Source: Azolla caroliniana (taxonomy: Eukaryota > Plantae > Polypodiophyta). Taken from it: a stretch of 64,000 nucleotides of DNA. The first letter of the stretch is position 1. Every line of letters begins with the position of its first letter. Below are positions 24,468-35,847 of this stretch, in pieces. The translations under genes were made by a program, and so were the position numbers. Where the stretch lies: positions 9,858,001 through 9,922,000 of the forward strand of contig JBHGNT010000021.1 in assembly GCA_043228905.1 (NCBI GenBank). The letters are read 5' to 3'. The notes below the pieces were generated by a model that ran no database searches, was not told the DNA's origin, and saw only the letters and a list, made by a program, of their open reading frames with translations.

Positions 24468-25345
24468 TGTTAGAGCTTAATCCTAATGTAAGCATAAGAT
24501 AAGGAAATATAAGATAGTTATAAAGAGAAGAGAGAGAAAAAAAGGTGCCGATCCACCCGACCACCCCCGAGTGAAGGGATCAAGACGGACTTGAGCCTTG
24601 ATCGGCGTCCCATACCATCGCCGTGGCATCGAGTCGTACTTGGTACTGGCACACTCGCTACAAGAGTCTCTTCACCACACGATTAGAGTCTCGACGTAGT
24701 CGAATGATGTGTTAAATGAGGGTAGCTAGGCCTCATATTTATAGCTAGACCTAAGGCCTGTAGGCAAGTTCACACTTGGTCCTTATGGGTTGTCTCAATT
24801 CCTTGGATTAAAAGCAAATCCTCCCTTCTTTACATAGTTGGTTAACCCTCACACGTTATCCTTGTGTGTAAAATTCTAGGGTATAACTTACCAAGGGATA
24901 CTTTATGGTCATGCCTCTTTACAACATTGCACTCTTGCAATGAAAAGTTAGGGAAGTGAGTTTTAAGAGTATTTTCTCGTTCTCATGTAGCATCCATTTA
25001 ATGTTAAATTCTAGGATTATTTTAGAACACAAAATTTTCATTTTAATATTGAGAATTCTCTTTGGTACATGTGGTTTAGAAGCTAAATCTTTAGAAGTAA
25101 CTAGAGTTTCAATTGTAACCGTATTGTCACCAAAACCAAGCAGTTCTTTTAGACGACTTACATGAAAAACGGGATGGATTTTGACACCATCAAGAAGAGT
25201 GAGATGTTAGGTTGATGACCCAATGTGTTTGAGGACTGTAAAAGGTCCACAAAACCGTGGGGCTCGCTTAGACAATGTCTTACAATTATGAGGTACACGT
25301 AGAAATACCTTCTGTCCAAGGTTGAATACACGAGGTTGCCTATTA
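24468..25345 (-). mobile_element. 3' end of a chromovirus-type Ty3/gypsy element (IN C-terminus, chromodomain remnant, 3' LTR ~24468-24911)
   Basis: The minus-strand translation reads RFCGPF...IHPVFHVSRLK...P.RIL...EF.IKW...HFP.F.LQE. The LTR has CTATAAATA and ends ..CTCTAACA. Confidence 0.78.
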
Positions 25346-25372
25346 TGGTCGGCATAAAAACACGCTCTATCT

Positions 25373-25581
25373 ATCATGATATGGCCTCAAAAAGAATTGA
25401 ACCCGTGACCTTATGGTACACAGGTTAAGGCTATACTATTAAGATAACCATTGTAATACATAAATTATTACTTTCATTTGTTATTTCATTAGGAAAAATT
25501 CATGTATATTCTAGATTACTTTGGAACATTCTAGAAACTTCAGGAATACTCCTAATAATCCTATAAATAGAGACATATGGT
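25373..25581 (+). mobile_element. LTR 5' fragment with the same architecture as the solo LTR at 8081
   Basis: An antisense tRNA-like segment, then TTCTAGA repeats, then CTATAAATAG at 25561. Cut by an insertion. Confidence 0.55.
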
Positions 25582-25763
25582 TGTTTATGGGTGGAGGTGG
25601 AGCCAAGAACAACTCCAACCCCCTCCCAAGGGGGTTATGCATGAGGGAGAGAGAGAGAGAGGGAGAGAGAAACAGACATAGAAAATGAGAGGGGAAACGT
25701 CTTCTATTACATTATGCCCCATGGGTGGGGTTTATATATGTACAAGAGGTGACCGTTACAAAT
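25582..25763 (-). mobile_element. LTR fragment related to the LTR of the element at 30453
   Basis: The reverse complement shares CCTCTTGTAC..TA.AACCCC..ATGGGG and CCCCTTGGGAGGGGG.TGGAG..CCACC with 30670-30805 and 33197-33225. Confidence 0.55.
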
Positions 25764-27636
25764 TGTTGAGCGGACAAGCTCAACCGGATCCAGATCGGTT
25801 GAATAAACCAAAGCCGAATCGGAGTCCGGAACGAAGAACCAAATCGGTGTCTGGAACCAGGAGCCAGATCATATTGTAACCAGTAGTCCGTTAAAGGCCT
25901 ATGACAGCCTAGTACGTAGGCCTATTTTTGGGAGTCTGTGTTTGATGCTCTGTACAAGCATTAAATTACTTGTCAGTACTTTCGTTAGTCGTTCAAGGAC
26001 TTGTATAAATAGTGTTGTAAAGCACAGTTGTAGGTACATAGAGTCTTTTGAGTAATTTGAAAATTGAGTTTTGTTCTGCTCTAACTCTATCTCTCCCACA
26101 TACTATGTTAAGCTTCCATTAAACCTTCATCTTTGTGTTCTGTTGTTATCCAACTTAGCTGGTTTCATCTATGCTTCCACACTTTCACTTTTACATGGTA
26201 TCAAAGCGCAAGGGTTGAGAACCTCTGTTACCGACAAACGATTTCAATAGACAAACCCTAACACCTGGCAAAGAATAAGAAGGGAAGAATGGACAGAGGA
26301 ATGGCTAGCTCTCTCCCAATGGAGAAGCTCGACAGAACCAACTGCGCACCTTGGTTGTACAAGATGCACCGGTACTTGCTCGGGCATGGCTACTGGAGTT
26401 ATGTCGACGGAGCTAACGATACAACACTTGATGTGGCACACAGGGACTTTTCGGCTTGGGAACAAGCGACAAGCAGGGTGATGTTGTACTTTGCGTTCAG
26501 TGTTGGCGATCAAGTGGTTAGCCATATCCGGGACGCCAAGACGCCAAAGGAAGCTTGAGGAAACCTGAAGAAGGTCTTTGCCGCAAGCACCACGACCCGA
26601 AAGCTGCAACTATGACAAGAGTTGAGCAACGTCTGACAAAAAGACATGTCGGTGGCCGATTACATGGCCCAGATTAAAGAGATCTACGACTCCCTTGCCT
26701 CTATCAACGTGACCATTAAGGAGGATGAGATGGTGCAGGTTTGTCTCAGGGGCCTGGCATCAAAGTTCGAAGCATTCTGAATAGTGGTCTGTACAAGGGA
26801 GAATACGCCCTCATTTTTCGACTTACAGTTGATGCTCCTTGTAGAGGAGAACCACGCAGGTGCGTCGATTAGTACGCACACATACAACAAGATGCTGTAC
26901 ATGGAGGTTGAGAGGCCACGTGGACATGGCGGTCGAGGCGGATTGGCGCAAAATGCAAGCGGCCGACAAGAGCAAAATTAGAGGCACAAAGATGGTGCCG
27001 ATAGTAGTACTGGACCCTCCGAAAGTAGGGGGAGTCAAGGCGGCGCCGAGAGCCGGCAAGGAAAGGCCACGATAGACAATTGGTACTGTGGCTGGAAGGG
27101 CCATAGAGAAAGTGAGTGCTGGAAGAAGAGGGTTGATTCTGACAAAGCCGGAGGGACATAGATAGGCGTCACCAATCGCACTTCGCCGGAGGCTCGGAGG
27201 CAGCCGGGTTAGGACCGACCCTCGTAATGAAGCATAAGGCCAACTGAATGGTTGCATCCGACTCAAAGTTGGAAGAAGTTTGGTACGTGGACTCTGGAGC
27301 TTCAAACCACATGACAAAGCCCAAAGAGTGGTTCTCCTTTCTAGAGAAGCCGGAGAAGGCAGGGGTAGTCGAAACTAGAGACGACACCCCACATCCCATT
27401 GAGCACATCGGAGATGTCCCTCTGATTCATGTCTGCTAGAAGGGAATCATGAGGAACGCCCTGCATGTATCGACGATAACCAAGAACTTGGTGTTGGTCG
27501 GTCAGATTGTGGATCAAGGAATGCAGGTCTCATTTACTCACCACGGATGCTTCATCGAGGAGGAAGGCCTGATCATCGCACAAGGGCGTCGGGATGGAAG
27601 AATGTTCATCCTCAAAACCAATAATGTAGGCACTAC
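25764..27636 (+). mobile_element. Ty1/copia family A, 5' part (LTR, PBS, gag, protease), degenerate
   Basis: LTR 25764-26195 (TGTTGAGCGG...TTTACA). PBS TGGTATCAAAGC at 26196 (initiator tRNA-Met). gag starts MDRGMASSLP; protease WYVDSGASNHM. Many stops. Confidence 0.9.
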
Positions 27637-28920
27637 TGGTAAGGCACTGTTTTGTATTTGCTACCGGATGTCTATAAAAGGGTCCGAAATCGATGTAATT
27701 GTTTTTAATTAACGGAAGTAATAAGAGATTAGTGTTCGGTTTTAATTCTATTGGGTCTCTGTGTACTTTCTATTCTGCGCTTCAATTGTTAATCTTATGC
27801 ATGTTATAACTAATCTGCCGTGTCTTAACAATCCGGAAGTAACCGAAATTAGTCGGATCAGAACCGGATAGCCGGATAACATCCCTCCCTTAACCACTGC
27901 TTTGGTGAAGTGTTTCGGAATGGATACCCTGTGTTTGAGGCTAAGTCCAACCCAGAGTAAACACAATTTTGGTGACCACGATTCCTGCAAAGTGTAGCGA
28001 ACGATAGGAATGGATGACTAGACCGACAAACAACCCAATTGCCAAACGAGTGAGGAGACTAGCCGAGAGACTGTGGAGGCAGGAGGCCTACCGGTAGGCG
28101 GTAGAGGAGATCTGACAGGATCAGTCTTTTCCCAAAGAGATTCAACGGGTTGTAGAGGAAATAGTCTGGTTGCAAAATCAGGGACATTTAGACGAAGGCA
28201 ACAGCTTGAGAAGTCTGCGCGATATAGAATCGATACTGCAAACCCTAGCCACAAGCGCTGGGGACACGGAAACATTTTCAGCATTTGAGTCGGAGTCTGA
28301 CAACGAAAAACAACGTCCACTCCAACTACCATTCCAGTCACGATACCTCGAACGAACTAGACGAAGATGGATCCGAGCACACACCAGAGTCGGAAATGAT
28401 GAGACTGACACCACTAACACATGAGGAGAATCCAAAACAACAACTGGAAAAAGAGAATAATCACGTACAAACGCCACTACTGGGCTGACAATCAGAGAAG
28501 ACAGACGATCGCATATAGACGCCACTACCGGACCGAAAATCAGAGAAGAAGGACGATCGCGTACCTACGCCACCACCGGACGGTCGGTAGACAATGACAA
28601 CATGCTGTACACGTACCCCAAATATAGAGATGAACCCGATGTGGAAGCACACGTATACACCTTTTTTGAAACATGAGAAGCCAACCATGTTTCACAACGA
28701 CTAACGGAAGCAGAAGTAGATCAATAAAAAATTGTAGAATTCAGCATGACCTTGGAAGGACCCATGACGAGATGGCATGCAAAGCATCTTCCGGGTAGCT
28801 TCGCCATGTTTCAAGCCCTGCAGGACAAATTTCTGCGCCTGTTTCACCGTCGGGCAATTTTATAAGGTATATCAGGAACCCAACAAGAAAACTCCACAAT
28901 TCATCATCCGATTTCCCGAC
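27637..28920 (+). mobile_element. Ty3/gypsy 5' part (LTR ~27637-27965, PBS, degenerate gag)
   Basis: PBS-like TGGTGACCACGA at 27970. The gag remnant KIVEFSMTLEG..RWH...LQDKFLRLFHRR is homologous to 47560-47690. Confidence 0.7.
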
Positions 28921-29294
28921 TGTAAAAGAATATGTGCATGGAAGCGTATGCGTAAGAACACAAAGTACACGGTTCGGAAGTACGACAGTTCGGTGAAACA
29001 CAAAAATCACAGAGAAAGAGAGGGAGAGAGAGAGAGAGAGTAGAAATACAAAACTATGTTCAAATTATAATTCTCTGTATATTCTCTCTACATATTTCGT
29101 GCTCAGTGAGCACCTTTTATACAAGCCCTGACTATCGGGCTAACAGAAGTACTGCCAGTACTTGACCACTCATAAATGAGCATTCTACACTAACTCCCAA
29201 AACTATTCCTTACGAGGAATAACGTTCTAATGGCCTCTTGGTTTAAACACCGCCACAACCATATTTTGCGTACAGGTTTACGCACCCAGTCTAC
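28921..29294 (-). mobile_element. LTR fragment of a copia family A relative
   Basis: Shares TTTATACAAG.CC, ACAGAAGTA and CACTAACT with the family A LTRs at 8316, 35397 and 56906. Confidence 0.7.
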
Positions 29295-30032
29295 TGTCGA
29301 GAAATCGATGTGGATTAGATCACAATAAACGAACTACGTGCTGAAATACGAATCACAAGAAAAATGCCAGAAAGACAAGCTAAACAGATGTACACAGAAA
29401 TTTACGTGGAAACCCTAAAACATGAAAAAAGCCACGGGTGAACAGATTCTTTACTATAGTATAGTGGATATACAATACAAAGATGATTACAACACTATGT
29501 CGAGTGTATCAGCCGCACAGGGCTCTTCGCGTCTGCTGTTACACACACATCTATGGCACGGCTCATGCTACTCTCTCTCACTCACTCTCTATCGTTCTAC
29601 TGTTCTGCACACAACAACTTCTGCACACTCATAAAGTTTGCCCTAGTTGTATATATACTTACACAACTTTCTGTCTATTTACATACGTAGCCCTCATGGG
29701 GCATACACTTAGACTATTTACAAGTATAGTCACCTGAGTTGGCTATTTACACGATTCCGGTTTCGGCCTCAACCGTCACTCATCAACTTGGCTCCTCTCT
29801 CTTTCCCATCTGGAGGGACTTGTTTCCGCACATCATCATCATTATTATTACTATAATAATAATAGTCGAATCTTCAAACAATCGACTCACTGGTTTTCGA
29901 CTCTTCGACTGTCAGCTTTCCGTACAGTCGGATCGTCCCTGTCATCGACTATCGGCTTTCCGATCAGTCGGTTCTTCCTCCCACTAGAGGGACATATTCC
30001 CAACAAACTCCCCCTTCACTCCTGAGGGAGGA

Positions 30033-30478
30033 AGTCAGTCAGTCCTATATTTTGTCGACAGACTCTGAGTCTGTCCATAGGTAGGTTCTTCGTCAGCATG
30101 TTAGATCCATTGTCATTGGTATGGATCTTCACAAGGGAAAACTCTCCTTCTTCGACTCTCTCTCGCAACTAGTGATACCTTCTCTGTATGTGTTTGGTCT
30201 GGGAGTGGTATGCCGCATTCTTGGCTAGGTGTTACCCCGTACGAGATGTACGGAGAGTCAGTCAGTCCTATATTTTGTCGACAGACTCTGAGTCTGTCCA
30301 TAGGTAGGTTCTTCGTCAGCATGTTAGATCCATTGTCATTGGTATGGATCTTCACAAGGGAAAACTCTCCTTCTTCGACTCTCTCTCGCAACTAGTGATA
30401 CCTTCTCTGTATGTGTTTGGTCTGGGAGTGGTATGCCGCATTCTTGGCTAGGTGTTACCCCGTACGAGATGTACGGAG
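30033..30478. repeat. 223-bp direct tandem duplication, identical by eye
   Basis: 30033-30255 matches 30256-30478, with AGTCA microhomology at the boundaries. Confidence 0.92.
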
Positions 30479-33250
30479 AGTCAAGTGTGATGAGCGAGGG
30501 TCGAATGTTATCATGATGTTGTTGTGTATGTGTAGGGGGCATAAATGTAGTTGTGAGTCTATATGTATGTGAACACATGCACACGTGTGTGCATGTGGAT
30601 GGATACGAGGAGGTGTGAGTGAGTGTCCAGTATGAATGCTCAATGGGGCTTACACCCCTATGTATCTACCCCCTCTTGTACTATTGATGCCATGAATGAT
30701 CATTTCTCTCTCTCTCTTGTCATCTCTCTTTCTCTCTCTCTCCCCCTCAACGTTGAATCCCCTTGGGAGGGGGGTGGAGCCATTCTACGCACCACCCCCC
30801 ACCCCGCAATGATTCTCAATGCACATGATCTCTCTCGCCATCAATCCCATACTCTCCATCATCATCATAACCACCATGTCTATCTTTATCATGATTATCA
30901 TCGTCCTTAACCCTAACCCTAAAATCATACAACACCTTTTGGCGACCACTAAGGCAACCCCCCTTTGGAGACGGAGTCGAAGAATGATACGCGGATGGGC
31001 AAGCCATAGCAACTAAGTGCAAGAAATGGCGGAACCGTGCAAATGACGACGACAATGTTCGGCGAAAGTATGTGCGAGTGGACAAGAAATGGAAACAATG
31101 TTTTGTGCGAGTCAATGTGTCAATGTGCGTGGTTCCGAAAGAGGTTAGCGACAATGTTTGTGTTTCGAATGCGTGGTGCAAGATGCACGGCTAGACAAAC
31201 AGCGACGCAGAGGGAACCGACGCTAGCACGACCGGAAAGAGAAGCCCACCCGGAGACTGCAGTGGAAGACGCAGTGTGTGGAGCGGAGGCTGGCAAGAGA
31301 ATGCACAAGAGATGGTTCCAAACGAAGCAACACAGAGAGAGTCGGAACCGGAATCGGAACCAGACCCAAAGTTGGTTAACATAGAAGGGCCAACGTAGAC
31401 AGAGAAGGAGACGTTGTCGTTGACGAGACATTGACGGCCAGATAAACTGACAATGCCCAAAAGACATGGACGACTGACTACACAATATCAAAACAAAACG
31501 GGTAGGAAAGAACCGGACAGATGACCGAGAAAACGGACCAGACACACAACCAAAAGACAACGGACAGACATCCGGATGAGCGACCGGAATGCACAAAAGT
31601 GGCCAATGTGGCCGCACAATGGCAAAAGAGAAGCCGGTGTGGCCGGATAGGAGCGGAAGAACGATCGATAACAACTAGAATGGCGACATGGGACAGAAAT
31701 GGAGAAGCGGCCGGAGTGTCCAGATAGGCCCGAACAGAGACGGATGAGCAACGGCTATAGACACGTCGAAATGGGCCAAATAGGACTACCGGATCGGAAA
31801 ATGAAGAGCGGCCAAACTGGCCGGATAACAGTCGGAGCGGCCAAATTGACCAGACAACAGTCAGAGCGCATAGAATGGTCGGGAGCGGCCGGATAGGAGC
31901 CGGAGAGCCTGAATGGCCGGACAACAACGGCCACAACGGCAGTCTAACGTCATCTGTATGAAGACCGAATAGAGCAGCCAAGCAATGAACCTCGGCCAAC
32001 AAGGCCGTTGACGACGATAGAGAAGTCAGCCAACGACAATAGATGGAGACGGCAACGACAATGGAGCTAGAGACGGAAATAGAGACATTTTGGACAAAGA
32101 CGGTGATAGAGACGACGACAGGGAGCGGCCAGACAATGGCTAGAGCGGCCGAACCGGCGGTCCGATTGTAAGAAGGCTGTCGGATGAAGTGGCGGTGATT
32201 GGATGTGCTGAACAATGGACAGACATAGAACAAGCAATGGACACACAACGAAGAAATAGTGGTGGTCGTAGAAGAAGAAGAGAGAAGAGAAATGCGAAGA
32301 AGAAGAAGAAAAAGAAGAAGAAGAAGGAGAAGGAGAAGGGATCGTGAACGAGAAGGACGTAGAAGAGAGAGAAACAAGAACTGTCTCTGACAGAGACAAG
32401 ACGAGATCCGCATACAAGAAGAGAAAGAAGAGAGACAGGAAAAAGATGGACAGACAGAAAAGAGCGGGAGAGGCAAAACAGAAAAGAAAAAAGGAATGAA
32501 GAAAGAAAGAAAAGAGAGGGGGAAAAAGGAGATAGGGGTATCGAATATAATTATAAAAACCTTGAGGGTACATAATTTTATAAAAACATAAGGGTACATA
32601 TACAGTTTTCAAAACCTAAGGGCATTGTCATTCGTTTAGAAAATTTGAGGCTAAAAATACCTAAATTTAAAAACTTATCCACCTAAAGAAATGGACGTGA
32701 TCGACTACGACAACCCACACAAAAATTAAAGGAAGAACACACATACATACAACATATTTTTGACGACCCGAATGATTTTACGAAGTTCGTAAGTCGACAA
32801 AATGAGAATGTTCGTGTCGCGGAAGATTTGCTGACCGACAAAGATGTTCGAGTCAAGCACTTCGATCGAGGGAGTCGATCAATGAAAGGACCGATGGAAG
32901 TTCCGGTCGAAGAAATATCATCATCAAGGCATGTGGGATCGACGTGCAATGCACTTTCCCACGAGCGTGCCATATTGTGTTACCCCGTACGAGATGTACG
33001 GAGAGTCAAGTGTGATGAGCGAGGGTCGAATGTTATCATGATGTTGTTGTGTATGTGTAGGGGGCATAAATGTAGTTGTGAGTCTATACGTATGTGAACA
33101 CATACACACGTGTGTGCATGTGGATGGATACGAGGAGGTGTGAGTGAGTGTCCAGTATGAATGCTCAATGGGGCTTACACCCCTATGTATCTACGCCCTC
33201 TTGTACTATTTAACCCCTTATGGGGAATGAATGAAACATGAATGATCATT
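30453..33250 (+). mobile_element. Non-autonomous LTR retroelement with a non-coding interior and a PBS-like motif at both inner LTR borders
   Basis: 5' LTR 30453-30934 (TGTTA...CAACA). Near-identical second LTR 32978-33250, truncated by a deletion. TGGCGACCAC at 30940 (+) and TGGCACGCTCGTGGGA at 32972-32957 (-). No gag or pol motifs were recognised inside. Confidence 0.8.
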
Positions 33251-33502
33251 CATATACTTTGCCTCTGTAGTCGACAAGGCTACAGACTTCTACAGTTGTG
33301 ACTGCCACGACATTGCTCGCCCTGCATAGGTCATCACATACCCTGACGTGGATCGGCTTGAGTCAGTATCTCCAGACATGTCCGAATCGATAAAACCTTC
33401 CAGCATAGGTTTTCCGACACCATACTTTAGGCACACCTCCGAGGTGCCTTTCAGGTACCTAAGTATCCACTTCACTGCTGCCCAGTGTTCTCTCCCTGGA
33501 TT

Positions 33503-35847
33503 ACGTCAAGTACAACACCGATGGCTCGGTCAACCGGTACAAGGCTCGGCTAGTGGCAAAGGGCTACGCGCAGAAACACGGCATCGACTACGATGAGACG
33601 TTTGCACCGGTCGCAAAAATGACGACCGTCCGTGTTTTGCTCAGTGAAGGGGTGGCACTTACATAAGATGGATGTAAAGAATGCGTTCCTGCAAGGTGAC
33701 CTTGAGGAACAGGTGTACATGGTATAGCCCCCGGTTTTCACTCCGGAACGAACTCCTCGACAATATGCCGACTGAAGAAGTCCCTTTACGGACTGAAGCA
33801 AGCCCCGCGTGCCTGGAACGCGAAGATCACGCAACAACTGCGTCGGATGGGCTTCGTCACGTCAAAATCGGACTCTTCCCTGTTCATCCGGAAAGGTCGA
33901 CTCGGACCGGTTAGTATTTTACTATATGTTGATGACTTGGTCATCACCGGCGCCGACCTAGGTGAAATCGACCGCGTGAAGCACCAGCTTGCGGCATCGT
34001 TCGACATGAAGGATCTGGGGGACCTTCATTACTTCCTCGGGATCGAAGTGATCCGTACCCCCGAAGGCATATTGATCAGCCAACGTCATTACGTGCTGAG
34101 AATGCTCTTCAAATTCGGGATGGCCGACTGTAAGTCCGTCTCGACTCCTCTGGACAAAACCGTCAAGCTTCGTCCCGATACGGGAAAGGTATGCGACCCG
34201 ATGAGGTTCCAAAAAATTGTCGGAAGCCTCATATACTTGACCATCACCCGACCCGACCTCAGTTATCCGGTCGGAGTGATCAGTCAGTGTGTGCCTTCAG
34301 TGTGTGCAATGCATACTTCGGTATGTCAACGACACTAAGGACCGGGGACTACTATATCGGACCGGTGTAGCCGCACAGTTAGTCGGCTACACCGATGCTG
34401 ATTGGGCTGGCAACGCCGCCGATCACTGATCCACGTCCGGATACGCGTTCTCCCTCGGGAGTGCCGCGATCGCGTGGAGCAGTAAGAAGCAGCCGATAGT
34501 TGCACTGTCGAGCACTGAAGCTGAGTACCGAGGAGCGGTTGTCACGACATGCGAAGCCATATGGTTGAAGCGGCTACTTAGGGACCTGCAAGAGGAGGTG
34601 TCAGATCCGACGACGATCTACTACGACAACCTCAGCAGCATCCAGCTCGTGAAAAACCCCGTTTTCCACACACAAACCAAGCACATTGAGGTGCACTACC
34701 ATTTCGTCCGTGAGCGTGTCCTTTCCGTTGAAGTCGAACTTCAGTATGTTCCGACGGATCGGCAGACTGCCGACATCTTCACCAAGCCTCTTGGTCTGGA
34801 CAAGTTGCGGCAATTCTCAGGTGCGCTTGGATTGCGTCACCTCGACGTGCCAAACTTGAGGGGGAGGACAGTCCCGAACGACCAAGCAAGGCAATAAGAA
34901 AGGAGCAGAGACCGCGACACCGAGTCGGTTGACTCGGTTGTCGAGTTCGACTTCGGATCGGCTGAAGAAGCCGAGGGCGGACCCGCGGAAAAATCCGGAA
35001 GCGGACATAAGGGAAACAACCGAAGGAGAGAGCCGAAGCCAACCACGCATGGGGAAGATGACGCCATCGAGGGCGAGAAGACCGAAGAAAAGTTGGAGAC
35101 AGCCAACTTGGACGAGAGCGAAAACTGATCGGAGGTAGCCGAGTCGGTTCAGATGTTTGATTCAGATACGCTGAATCAACTGAGGCCCAAACAGAAGAAA
35201 AGGCAGCAGGAGAAGCGTCAACACCGCAACAACAGAAGAGCTGATAAGGGCCACATGAGCAGAAAAAGCCGATCGGAAGGGTCGAAGCGCGCGGAGTCGA
35301 ACAGGTCGAGGAGCGCAAGCGAGGCGTGAAGCCAGGAGGAACCGGAGCTGTGAGCCCAAAGATCCCGAAGAGCCTCAAGTTGAGCTTGAGGGGGAGTGTT
35401 GAGAGACAAGCTCAACATCGGTCGGATCGGCAGAAGAAGCCGAGGACCGGATCGGTTGGGACCGATCGGTTAGGCCGAATGCGTAAACTGGTACGCAGAC
35501 CAGTGCGTAGGTAGGGCCGGATCGGTGCGTAAACCGGGAGGCCGTTAGGAAAGATATTTCGTGAGGAATATATTTAGGAGTTAGTGTAGGAGCTCTCAAT
35601 GAGCATTGAAGTACTGTCAATACTTCTGTCAATCCTTCTAGGACTTGTATAAAAGTGTTCATTGAACACATATATGTATAGAGTGGTGAATAAAGATTGA
35701 GTACGTTTGTTGAATATAGTTCTTGTGTTTTCTCTCTCTCACTCTCTCTGTCTCTCCTGCGTATACTGCGTAAGCTCAAGCTCTCCATTAAACCTGATCT
35801 GCCTTCTGTTCGGTCTTCATACTTGCTTCCGCACACTACTTTTTACA
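33503..35847 (+). mobile_element. Ty1/copia family A relative, 3' half (RT, RNase H, extension, PPT, 3' LTR 35397-35847)
   Basis: [37 protein letters not shown] and ADIFTKPL. PPT CTTGAGGGGGAG followed by TGTTGAG...TTTTACA. Confidence 0.92.

Larger units (their letters stand above)
29295..33502 (-). mobile_element. Ty1/copia family B, 3' part (RT/RNase H end, PPT, 3' LTR 29295-30005), interrupted at 30453-33250
   Basis: [15 protein letters not shown]...DSDMSGD..RSTSGY...VALSTTEAKY at 33251-33500, and LAKN..HS.TKHI...KIHT.DN.S.MLTK at ~30040-30229. PPT GTGAAGGGGGAG at 30008-30019. Confidence 0.88.

Noticed and set aside
27631-27640. CACTA transposon terminus at CACTACTGG
   Set aside because: CACTAC is the copia coding sequence (VGTT, compare 56101). 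The new element starts at TGGTAAGG and has LTR, PBS and gag features. No matching TAGTG end with a 3-bp TSD was found.
31478-32612. 373-aa and 181-aa hydrophobic minus-strand ORFs as env-like or antisense genes
   Set aside because: They are the reverse complement of GA-rich low-complexity DNA, which yields F/L/S-rich stop-poor frames. No recognisable motif.
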